Shown one piece after another: positions 9,324-17,237 of a stretch of 64,000 bases of DNA. Each line of letters begins with the position of its first letter. Positions within the stretch are counted from its first letter, which is position 1. Source of the stretch: an uncultured Gammaproteobacteria bacterium (GTDB lineage Bacteria > Patescibacteriota > Patescibacteriia > UBA1558 > GWA2-36-10); NCBI GenBank assembly GCA_964633905.1, contig CAZWIT010000001.1, positions 65,535-129,534 on the forward strand, written 5' to 3'. A program made the position numbers and the translations under genes. The notes beneath the pieces are model-generated. The model was not told where the DNA came from and did no database searches. It saw only the letters and a program-made list of their open reading frames with translations.

Positions 9324-10487
9324 TTAATTTGGTAACATCTTAGCTACCAATCTCATCGTTTCAAGGGCTTGGCCACTTTTGAGAGCAGCTTCAGCCATTT
9401 TGAAACCTTCGGCAAAAGATTTGCAATAACCAGCTAGGTAGTAGAGCAAGGAAGCGTTCGCATAGACAGTGCTCATGCGTTCGCCGTTAATTTCTCCAGA
9501 CAGGAGCTGGAGCGAATATTCGCCTTTATTGCCAATCGGGCGCACAGCTTCCAGTGGGATAGGGTGAATACCAAAATTTTCGGCACTAAGCTCGTATTCC
9601 AAAATTTCTTCATTACGCAATTCAGCAACTTGAGTACCACCATGGCACACAGAAGCTTCGTCCATACCAAAGATTCTTGATTCATCAGCAAAACCACGAA
9701 TAAATAGGCCGTGCTTGAGATGTGTTAAGCCTTTCTGATTAAGAATCAAATAAACTTCAGCTACGACGCGAGGCGGGATCAGTTGATTCACGCCCAGAAC
9801 ACGCCTGGTCATGAGTTTAGTGGATATAGGATTAGTGATGGGTCCGATGATGTCATTCATATGGGGTAGTTTAGCAAAGCTATGGGTTTGCAAATGAATC
9901 TTTTTGTAGCGAGTATCAAGTGCTTCCGTATACCCAAAATTATATTTTCTCAATGCTTCCATTACTTTGTCTTTGTCGGCAAAAGTATTAATGCGACAAA
10001 TTTTAGAAACAAAATCAGAACTACCATAAAGACCTTTATCAGCATTGGCAGGGGAACCGTGTTTGCACATCGGTATGCCATCAGAGGCAGCAATAAATGC
10101 TGACACCGTGCTAATATTAGCGGTAACGATCAGATCGCCACCCATGCCGCAATTATCCATTGCAAATTCCATTTCCGGGTTCAAGAATCCAAATTCGGAT
10201 TTAGCAATATCATGTTCAAAAATAGCAGCACAGATACCAGCAATTTGTTCAGCTGGACTCTTGGGCAGTGGATGACCGTGATGTTCTTCAAGACGCTTGT
10301 TCCATTGCCAGTTATAGGTAGCTTGGCTGTGCAGAGCGCAAAGGACAGCCACGCTTTGTATCTGCGCAAGGGCATTACCAGCGCATCCATCTAGCGTGTA
10401 GACACCCAAGGCGTAAGCTTCGTCATATGTCAAAGGAATATTCTGATAAGCATGATCTTTGAGTAGGTGCTTGACATCGATGGGCAT
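9324..10487 (-). CDS. Glycosyltransferase family 3 protein, anthranilate phosphoribosyltransferase (TrpD)-like paralog
   Basis: GMGGDL (the TrpD GTGGD PRPP motif) and CKHGSPANADKG (TrpD KHGNR region). SD AAGGAG 8 nt before ATG (MPIDVKHLL…). Elevated GC (~48%). The track ORF 9324..10532 includes a 5' extension. Confidence 0.7.
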   Translation of the reverse strand: MPIDVKHLLKDHAYQNIPLTYDEAYALGVYTLDGCAGNALAQIQSVAVLCALHSQATYNWQWNKRLEEHHGHPLPKSPAEQIAGICAAIFEHDIAKSEFGFLNPEMEFAMDNCGMGGDLIVTANISTVSAFIAASDGIPMCKHGSPANADKGLYGSSDFVSKICRINTFADKDKVMEALRKYNFGYTEALDTRYKKIHLQTHSFAKLPHMNDIIGPITNPISTKLMTRRVLGVNQLIPPRVVAEVYLILNQKGLTHLKHGLFIRGFADESRIFGMDEASVCHGGTQVAELRNEEILEYELSAENFGIHPIPLEAVRPIGNKGEYSLQLLSGEINGERMSTVYANASLLYYLAGYCKSFAEGFKMAEAALKSGQALETMRLVAKMLPN

Positions 10488-10519
10488 TGTTGGTGCTCCT
10501 TCTTTTAGGCTAGTTGCCT

Positions 10520-11023
10520 TTATCCCAACCACTCTATTAGCTTGTCCATTCCTAGTCTCACGGTATTGTGAATAGATATTATAACCATTTGATGAGATTC
10601 GGAATCTTTATTTCCATTAGGGTCTATTATGTCACTAACATCAGTGGATAATTCCCCGAATAATCTTATTTTATAAAAATATTGGGGGAATTGTTCTTTA
10701 AGTTTAGTCAGTATGTAAGAATCCATGGCCAATATTTGTTCAGCCTGGTGAATTATGTCGTTATCTATCGGAGTAGATTTTTTATCAATAGGTATTTCTA
10801 TACCTATATTATCCAGGTATGGTTTAGCCAAATTATATTCTTCTGAGTAATCACGAAGATTAAGATGTTTTGGTAAGGGTAGACCCATTGTGCCTTGTAA
10901 GCTTCTAGAAACTACACTTATAGTATCTTCTTTGCCTATTTTTTTTATTTCTTTTTGCATACATAATTCAGCAATCACTGAGCGATATATATTGCCTTTG
11001 CAGACTATTAAAATGGTTTTCAT
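10520..11023 (-). CDS. Low-molecular-weight protein tyrosine phosphatase / ArsC-like (CX5R P-loop)
   Basis: VCKGNIYRS P-loop near the N-terminus and a C-terminal DP motif. SD AAGGAGG 8 nt upstream. First gene of a minus-strand operon with the TrpD-like gene. Confidence 0.7.
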   Translation of the reverse strand: MKTILIVCKGNIYRSVIAELCMQKEIKKIGKEDTISVVSRSLQGTMGLPLPKHLNLRDYSEEYNLAKPYLDNIGIEIPIDKKSTPIDNDIIHQAEQILAMDSYILTKLKEQFPQYFYKIRLFGELSTDVSDIIDPNGNKDSESHQMVIISIHNTVRLGMDKLIEWLG

Positions 11024-11149
11024 TTCTTTAGCCTCCTTGTTTTGCGGGAAATTTGTAATATCGTTTTACAACCTAAGCTATAATGTTAAAGAGCAAGTCG
11101 ATAAATTAAACATAAATGTACGAAAAAGTCAATAAAAAAACTTCTTATC

Positions 11150-11425
11150 CTCTTGTTACAAATATAATATTTGTACTAAAAGGACGAGAAGCTTCCCGTG
11201 GTACCACCTTTATTATTTTGATTGTTATGACAAATTAAAAAATCTGTCAGTAAAACAGATCAAAATCACTTTTACCGACTCAAGCCCCATTAGCTTATGC
11301 TTATGGCGACATCAGTTAGCCCATGATTACGGAGGCTGCCGAGTTATCACTAACGCAATAACCATCTCTGCGTGCCCAACCCCGCAATTTGCGGGACACG
11401 CTTCATAGATTTTGTAATTTTCAAA
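11150..11425 (-). ncRNA. Candidate T-box riboswitch leader (minus strand) upstream of the phosphatase/TrpD-like operon
   Basis: The minus-strand RNA contains AAUAAAGGUGGUACCACGGG. This matches the T-box antiterminator consensus AAUUAGGGUGGUACCGCGG at 18/20 positions. It lies in a GC-richer, hairpin-dense ~270-nt leader between a candidate minus-strand promoter (TTGACA at plus 11460-11465 as complement) and the ATG at 11023. A terminator helix could not be folded convincingly by eye. Confidence 0.4.
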
Positions 11426-11480
11426 GTATTAATATTATCTTATATTTTATTATTATTTTTGTCAAGCTTGTTATTAATGC

Positions 11481-11515
11481 CTTGACATAAGCCTTTTTTT
11501 ATGTATAATACCATT
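11481..11515 (+). promoter_or_regulatory. Consensus sigma70 promoter for tRNA-Trp (TTGACA-16-TATAAT)
   Basis: cTTGACAtaagcctttttttatgTATAATacc, ~20 nt upstream of the tRNA 5' end. The minus-strand -35 TTGACA (complement of plus 11460-11465) lies just upstream, ~16 nt away (back-to-back, not overlapping). Confidence 0.6.
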
Positions 11516-11537
11516 ATATTTAGTTCATGTCATTGGT

Positions 11538-11612
11538 GGGCGCGTCGGTTAATTGGTAAACCACTGGTCTCCAAAACCAGGACTGGGGGTTCGAGTCCCT
11601 CCGCGCCTGCCA
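11538..11612 (+). tRNA. tRNA-Trp (anticodon CCA), CCA encoded
   Basis: Acceptor GGGCGCG/CGCGCCU, D-arm GGTTAATTGGTAAAACC, anticodon stem-loop CTGGT-CTCCAAA-ACCAG, T-loop TTCGAGT, discriminator G, 3' CCA. Confidence 0.85.
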
Positions 11613-11634
11613 CCCTAAAATATGGCTCAGATCT

Positions 11635-11660
11635 AGCTCAGATTTGAGCTTTTTATTTTT
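11635..11660 (+). terminator. Intrinsic terminator after tRNA-Trp
   Basis: AGCTCA-GATT-TGAGCT followed by TTTTATTTTT. Confidence 0.6.
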
Positions 11661-11827
11661 GACAATTATTTAGAATTATGGTAATTTCATAGGCAATTTA
11701 AGGTACATTGATAATATAAAGAAAGTACCATTTTCTATACAAAAACTGATATTTTTAGCGATTTTGGAAATATAGTTTTTACTTGTTAACTTCACCACAA
11801 CTAACACAGGAAAACGGAGGTGATGAC

Positions 11828-12862
11828 ATGCAAAATAAGCGTATCCTGACAGGTATGCGTACGACCGGCAGATTGCACCTTGGTCATTTTGTTGGCGCGT
11901 TGCATAGTTGGCTGGAATTGGAAAGAGAATATGAATGTTATTTTTTGTTAGCTGATGTTCAAGCTCTTACTACTCATTTTGATCGCGTGGCTGAGATTGA
12001 GGAATCAGTACGACAAGTGGTCATTGACTGGTTGTCGGTTGGCCTTGATCCCAAGCATTCTGCTTTTGTACTGCAATCAGCAGTGCGGGAATATCCGGAA
12101 CTTACTACCTATTTAGCCTTGCTAACCAGCATGGCTGAGCTAGAGAGAAATCCTACGCTAAAGGACGAGATCAAGCAACACGGCATGTCTTCAGTGAATT
12201 TGGGATTTATGATGTATCCTGTTTCACAGGCAGCTGATATTTTGCTATTCACTCCTGATCCCAGTGATCCGGAAGCTGAACTGCTAGTGCCAGTTGGCGA
12301 AGATCAGGTGCCTCATATTGAAATGAGTCGCGATTTGGCGCGGGCTTTTAATCGCCAATATGGCGATACTTTTGTTTTGCCTAAAGCTAAGGTTGGTTTT
12401 ATTCCGCGTTTGGGTGATTTGAGCGGTGGTCAGAAGAAGATGGGTAAAAGCTATGGTAATGCTATCTACCTATCTGATAATAGTAGCGATGTTTCAGAAA
12501 AAGTTCGTCTGGGTACCACTGATCCTAATAAGGCTAGAAAAAATGATCCGGGTAATCCTGACATTTGTCCAGTTTTTTCTTATCAGCAAATCTTTAATGA
12601 ATCAGAAGAGTTTCAGATTCGTAAGGATTGTATAGCTGGTAGTTTGGGTTGTGTTGATTGTAAGGCCCGCTTGGCTCAATCAATCAACACTTTTCTAGAG
12701 CCAATGCGTGATCGTAGATCAGATGTTGAACAAAAACCCGATATTGTTGCTGAAGCTGTTTGGTCCGGCACCAACCGTGCTTGTGAAATTGGTCAGAGGA
12801 CCATGGAGGAAGTGCGGCGGGTAATGCACCTGGACTACCCAAGTCTTCCCAAGCCGTCCTAA
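11828..12862 (+). CDS. Second tryptophanyl-tRNA synthetase paralog (TrpRS-II), higher GC, KMGKS variant
   Basis: TGRLHLGHFVGAL and KMGKSYGN (KMSKS→KMGKS). ~60% identity to the copy at 6007. RBS GGAGGTGA 5 nt before ATG 11828; the track ORF 11783 is a 5' extension. GC ~45% against ~35% background. Confidence 0.9.
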   Translation: MQNKRILTGMRTTGRLHLGHFVGALHSWLELEREYECYFLLADVQALTTHFDRVAEIEESVRQVVIDWLSVGLDPKHSAFVLQSAVREYPELTTYLALLTSMAELERNPTLKDEIKQHGMSSVNLGFMMYPVSQAADILLFTPDPSDPEAELLVPVGEDQVPHIEMSRDLARAFNRQYGDTFVLPKAKVGFIPRLGDLSGGQKKMGKSYGNAIYLSDNSSDVSEKVRLGTTDPNKARKNDPGNPDICPVFSYQQIFNESEEFQIRKDCIAGSLGCVDCKARLAQSINTFLEPMRDRRSDVEQKPDIVAEAVWSGTNRACEIGQRTMEEVRRVMHLDYPSLPKPS

Positions 12863-12877
12863 GGGAGGTTAGTGGTC

Positions 12878-14281
12878 ATGGAAGAAACCAAAATGTTTTC
12901 CGGTCGATGGCCCCTGGTGGGGGCCAAAGACGACACGATCCGAGCTTTCTTGGATCAGCAGTTTAAGGAAACTATTCGTTGGGGTGAAAGCGAAGTCCTG
13001 GGTTTTCCCAGTATGTCGCCACACCCTTTGGGTTTGGATATTTTGCAACAGGGTTTTCTGTTGCACGCTAACAATATTATGACCCTGACTCGTAGTAGGG
13101 GAGAAAAAGGTTTTGCTGGTTTTCAAAATATCGAGCGTGATTTGATTAATATGGTTGGCAACCTGTTGGGTGCCAAGCAAGTTGACGGCTACGTTACTTC
13201 TGGTGGAACTGAAGCTAATATGATGGGTTTGTGGGTTGGTCGTGAGAAGCTACGGCACACTGTTGTTGATCCGAGTGATAATCGGGTAGCGGTGTTAGCT
13301 TCGTCAGCTTCCCATTATAGTCTGCGTAAGGCTTGTAATCTTTTGGATTTGGGCGAGGGTATTTGGACTCCTTGTGCCAAGCCTTGCTTGGATCCTATTG
13401 GTAATAAGCCGATTAAGCATGTTTTTCATCCGTCAAACAATGGCGGTGGCCTGCATTTCATCAAGTGCGATGAAAGTGGTCGTATCGATGTTGTTGAATT
13501 GGAACGACGCATTTGTCATTTGCGTGAGCATTACGGCATTCGTCGTTTCCTGATTTTTTTGAATGAAGGTACGACTTTGACTGGCGCTATGGACAATGTC
13601 CAAAGCGTCGGCTCTCTAGTTTCTTGTTTGCGTAATGAAGTTTCGCAGCAGTGGGATTTTTATATTCATGTTGACGCTGCTTATGGTGGCTTTGTTTACC
13701 CCTTCTTGCGTGAAACGCAAGACATGAATTGGGGTTTTCGAGTGCCTCAAGTTGATTCTATGACAGTTGATCCGTATAAGATGGGGCAGTGCCCCTTGGC
13801 TGAAGGGATTTTCTTGTGTCGGCGTTCCGAACAAGGTGATGGTCCGCAATGCTATATCGAGCGTTCGGCTCATTATGTTGATGGTGCTCAAGATGATACT
13901 TTGATTGGTTCGCGTGCCGGCGCTTTTGCCGCAGCTTGCTGGGCTGTTTTCCAGCGAGAGGGTTCGAGCGGCTTTGCCGGTATGCATTCCGCATCTTTGC
14001 TGCAACGTGACTATTTGGCTGATCGTTTGGCCAAGTTGTCTTTGCAACCTCAGTGTCATTTGAATATGGTATCTTTCTATTTTCCTCAAGATCTGAATAG
14101 TGCTGTTTGGCGTCGGATGGCTGATTTGGTTACCGACTATCGTTTGATGTGGGATTGGTTTAGCCGTGATCCTGAGGATCCGGAAGATCATCCCCGCAAG
14201 ATCGTCAAGTTTAATATTACTCGTGACGTAAAAAGCGAGTGGATTGATAACTTCATTTCCGATTTGGAGAAGATTTTTTGA
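12878..14281 (+). CDS. PLP-dependent group II amino-acid decarboxylase (aromatic/tyrosine-decarboxylase-like)
   Basis: SGGTEANMMGL (S-G-G-T-E-[AS]-N signature) and TVDPYKMG (PLP-lysine region of MfnA/SPL-like decarboxylases). SD AGGGAGG 9 nt before ATG. GC ~52%. Translationally coupled to the upstream trpS paralog (16 nt gap). Confidence 0.8.
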   Translation: MEETKMFSGRWPLVGAKDDTIRAFLDQQFKETIRWGESEVLGFPSMSPHPLGLDILQQGFLLHANNIMTLTRSRGEKGFAGFQNIERDLINMVGNLLGAKQVDGYVTSGGTEANMMGLWVGREKLRHTVVDPSDNRVAVLASSASHYSLRKACNLLDLGEGIWTPCAKPCLDPIGNKPIKHVFHPSNNGGGLHFIKCDESGRIDVVELERRICHLREHYGIRRFLIFLNEGTTLTGAMDNVQSVGSLVSCLRNEVSQQWDFYIHVDAAYGGFVYPFLRETQDMNWGFRVPQVDSMTVDPYKMGQCPLAEGIFLCRRSEQGDGPQCYIERSAHYVDGAQDDTLIGSRAGAFAAACWAVFQREGSSGFAGMHSASLLQRDYLADRLAKLSLQPQCHLNMVSFYFPQDLNSAVWRRMADLVTDYRLMWDWFSRDPEDPEDHPRKIVKFNITRDVKSEWIDNFISDLEKIF

Positions 14282-14417
14282 TAATTCCTGATTTTACAAA
14301 GGAAATATGCAAAGGGGGCACTTAAAGTGCCCTCTATTTTTATTATTTTTTCTTGACAATCTTTATTCAAAATTGTATCTTTAAACAAGACGGCTTAATT
14401 ATTTAGACGGCTTAATT

Positions 14418-15803
14418 ATGTTGCTATCAACATTTATCTTACTGCTTGTTTGGCTAATAAATTTTTCCTTATTGATATTTATTTTAGTTCAAAAAAATCG
14501 TCCGCGGCGCTGGCCAATATTTACTATGGTAGCGCTGCTTTTTATTTGGCAAGCTTCAGAGTTAGCTAATATTTTTTTATTTTTGGACAGTCCTTATCTC
14601 TTGTTGTCTGTACGTTTTGGTCTGCTGCCAACTTTATATTTAGCGCCAACTTGGGTTTGGCTAACTTGGTCGCTATTTGATCACTGGTCGACAACTAAGC
14701 TATTTAAAAAAATATTATGGTTTGTGCCAGCTATTATTTTGTCGCCATTGGTTTTTACTGACTATAATTTGAGCAAAGTTATTTTTGATAAAGGAGAATT
14801 ATCTTATGTACCTGGTCCGATTTATATTTATTTTGTTTTATATTTTGCCTTATTGATGGCCTATGGTTTGTATTATTTAATTCGTAATCGCAAAACAGCA
14901 GCTAGTATTGTCAAAAGACAAATTGATTATATTTTTATTGCCACTGCCTTAGTAGCTCTTTCTGCTATTTTGTTAAACGTAGTTTTACCTTTATTAGGTG
15001 TTTCTAATTTATATTATATTGGTGTTAATGTTTCTATATTTTTCACAGCTATTGTTACTTATGCCTTATTTCATGAAAGATTTTATGATTTAAGGATAGC
15101 TAGTTATCGGACAGTAGTTGATTTGTGGCGTTTGTTTATTACTGGTGCTATTTTTTATTTATTATTTATACTGCTTAAGCAGGTAATAGTAGTAGACTTT
15201 AATCAAGGTGCCAATATTATTGTTGGCTTCATTGTTTTAGGACTATTAGCACCAATTGTGTTTGAGGGAGTGAGTCGTTCTTTGGATTATTTGATTGTGA
15301 ATCCAGCTTGGGACTACACGCAAGCCCTGGATAATATTGCTAAAATTTTACGTTCCAGCCAAGATTTAAATTTTTTACTAGCTAATCTTACTAAGGAAAT
15401 TAGTCATATTATTGATTATAATGATATTTATTTGTATTTATCTAAGCGCCATAAGCCTGATATTTTTTATCAAGTCTTTCCTAGCGGTGAAAGATTATTG
15501 GCTCTTAATGAAAATCTCTGGCTACAAAAATTAGCTCAAGATAAAGAAATTAAGCAAACTGCCGAATTGGTTTATTGGCAAGGGGATTCGCAAATCACGG
15601 CCGAGCTTTTAAATAGTCATATTGACATTGCTTTGCCAGTGTTTTATAATCAACAGCTTTTGGGAATATTGTTAATAGATAATAAACAAAAACTATTATC
15701 CATACAACAATTGGAATTTTTAATTGAAGTTAATAAATATCTAGATATTGCCATTGGCAGTTTATTATTGTATGAGCAGGCCTTAGTAGGAAAGCAATCG
15801 TAG
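14418..15803 (+). CDS. Membrane protein: histidine-kinase-type 7TM sensor domain + C-terminal GAF domain, no kinase output
   Basis: N-terminal ~7 TM helices homologous to the N-terminus of the HK at 23314, then a GAF-like region (…QQLLGILLIDNKQKLLSIQQLEFLIEVNKYLDIAIGSLLLYEQA). Confidence 0.65.
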   Translation: MLLSTFILLLVWLINFSLLIFILVQKNRPRRWPIFTMVALLFIWQASELANIFLFLDSPYLLLSVRFGLLPTLYLAPTWVWLTWSLFDHWSTTKLFKKILWFVPAIILSPLVFTDYNLSKVIFDKGELSYVPGPIYIYFVLYFALLMAYGLYYLIRNRKTAASIVKRQIDYIFIATALVALSAILLNVVLPLLGVSNLYYIGVNVSIFFTAIVTYALFHERFYDLRIASYRTVVDLWRLFITGAIFYLLFILLKQVIVVDFNQGANIIVGFIVLGLLAPIVFEGVSRSLDYLIVNPAWDYTQALDNIAKILRSSQDLNFLLANLTKEISHIIDYNDIYLYLSKRHKPDIFYQVFPSGERLLALNENLWLQKLAQDKEIKQTAELVYWQGDSQITAELLNSHIDIALPVFYNQQLLGILLIDNKQKLLSIQQLEFLIEVNKYLDIAIGSLLLYEQALVGKQS

Positions 15804-15833
15804 GAAGAAATAATATTATATTAATATAATAAA

Positions 15834-16532
15834 ATGGAAAAATTTTTAATACAACAAAATTTAGTTTTATTTATTGTTGGCCTAGTTAATTTATTAATGG
15901 GCGTGTTTATTTTTAGTCGCGGAGTAAAGAATAAAATAAATTTGTATTTTAGTTGCATGACTTTGGCTAATTTTTTTTGGTCTTTAAGTTTAATACTTTT
16001 TAATTTAAGTTCCAATCAAGAGACATTGAGATTTTTTGCTAGCCTGCCCTATGCCTTTGCTTTTTTAGTGGTGGTATTTTTGTTTTATTTTTCTATATAT
16101 TTTCCTTATAAAATTTTTAATTTACCAAAAATTTATAAATGGTTATTAAACTTTATTGTGGTTATTGTGTTAGTTTATACTACCGTTTTTTATAGATTGT
16201 TCGTTGTAGAAACAATAATCTGGCCTGGTAATATGGCAAATTTTAATTTATTATCTTATGTAATATACACTTTATTATTAGTTTTATTAATGTTGGCGGC
16301 TCTTATATTTTTATTTTATAAATATCGTTTGGCGGAGGGTTTATTTAAATGGCAATTAAAAGTTGTATTTTGGGGAGTATTTTTAGGTACTTTTTTTGGC
16401 AGTTATTTTAATTTATTCTCAATGTATAATGATGATTTTGATTATGTTCATTTAGGCCCTTTATTTACATTATTTATTAATTTTATAGTTTTAGGTTTTA
16501 TTATAATGCCAAAGGATAAAATAAATAATTAA
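15834..16532 (+). CDS. Stand-alone 7TM sensor-domain membrane protein (paralog 1)
   Basis: 232 aa, all TM. Shares the KYRLAEGLFKWQLK… motif with the HK N-terminus and with the adjacent paralog. Confidence 0.6.
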   Translation: MEKFLIQQNLVLFIVGLVNLLMGVFIFSRGVKNKINLYFSCMTLANFFWSLSLILFNLSSNQETLRFFASLPYAFAFLVVVFLFYFSIYFPYKIFNLPKIYKWLLNFIVVIVLVYTTVFYRLFVVETIIWPGNMANFNLLSYVIYTLLLVLLMLAALIFLFYKYRLAEGLFKWQLKVVFWGVFLGTFFGSYFNLFSMYNDDFDYVHLGPLFTLFINFIVLGFIIMPKDKINN

Positions 16533-16535
16533 TTT

Positions 16536-17237
16536 ATGAATATTTTTTTAACAGTACAAATTATAACATTAACCTTTGCAACTTTAATTAATTTGTTGAT
16601 GAGTATTTTAGTGGCTAAGCGTGGCTTAAAAAATAAAATAAATAGGTATTTTAGCATTGTAACATTTTTTAATTTTTTATGGAGCTTTACAGTAATATGT
16701 GCTTTTTCTGGAGTTGCAATAGAGTTAGTTAATTTTTTTGATAAAACCACTAATTTTCTTAGTATTGGTATTATTTTATCTTTGTTTTATTTTTCTTTAC
16801 ATTTTCCCTATCAAAGAGAAGAAATAGATAAAGTTAAAACTACTATAATTTGGTTATTTACTATTTTATTATCCAGTATAATTTATACTAAGTGGTTTAT
16901 TATTAGTACTGTTTGGAGAATGAGACCATTTGATTATATTTCGTATTTTAATAGATATGGCTATTTTATTTATGTTACTTATTTTTTTATGTTAGCAATT
17001 TGGTCAATTTATTTATTATTTGTTAAATATAAACATGCTGAGGGTTTAGCTAAAAAGCAATTAAAATGGTTAATTTTAAGCATTAGTATTGGCTTATTTG
17101 GTGGCGCCTATTTTAATATATTGTTAAATTACTTAGGAGAATTTAGTTTAGGTTGGCTTGGTCCAATTTTTACTTTATTTATGAACATTACTGTTTTCTA
17201 TTTTATTATATCCTCTAAAGATAAGATTAATGACTAG
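16536..17237 (+). CDS. Stand-alone 7TM sensor-domain membrane protein (paralog 2)
   Basis: 233 aa. KYKHAEGLAKKQLKWL… motif. Tandem to the paralog at 15834. Confidence 0.6.
   Translation: MNIFLTVQIITLTFATLINLLMSILVAKRGLKNKINRYFSIVTFFNFLWSFTVICAFSGVAIELVNFFDKTTNFLSIGIILSLFYFSLHFPYQREEIDKVKTTIIWLFTILLSSIIYTKWFIISTVWRMRPFDYISYFNRYGYFIYVTYFFMLAIWSIYLLFVKYKHAEGLAKKQLKWLILSISIGLFGGAYFNILLNYLGEFSLGWLGPIFTLFMNITVFYFIISSKDKIND

Noticed and set aside
8451-10394. Several 60-90-aa ORFs on the strand opposite BtpA and the TrpD-like gene
   Set aside because: They are embedded antisense in well-supported longer genes with no independent signals.
11150-11425. Alternative identities for the structured GC-richer segment: tmRNA, RNase P RNA, SRP RNA, 6S RNA
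   Set aside because: None of their conserved blocks are present on either strand (tmRNA tRNA-like end/tag ORF, RNase P GGAAAGUCCGG…, SRP domain IV GGAA…AGCAGG). The T-box core match is the only recognisable signature.
11460-11486. GTCAAGCTTG…CTTGAC inverted repeat as a transcription-factor operator
   Set aside because: It is more simply explained as two back-to-back -35 hexamers (TTGACA on each strand) of divergent promoters. An operator role cannot be excluded but there is no further evidence.
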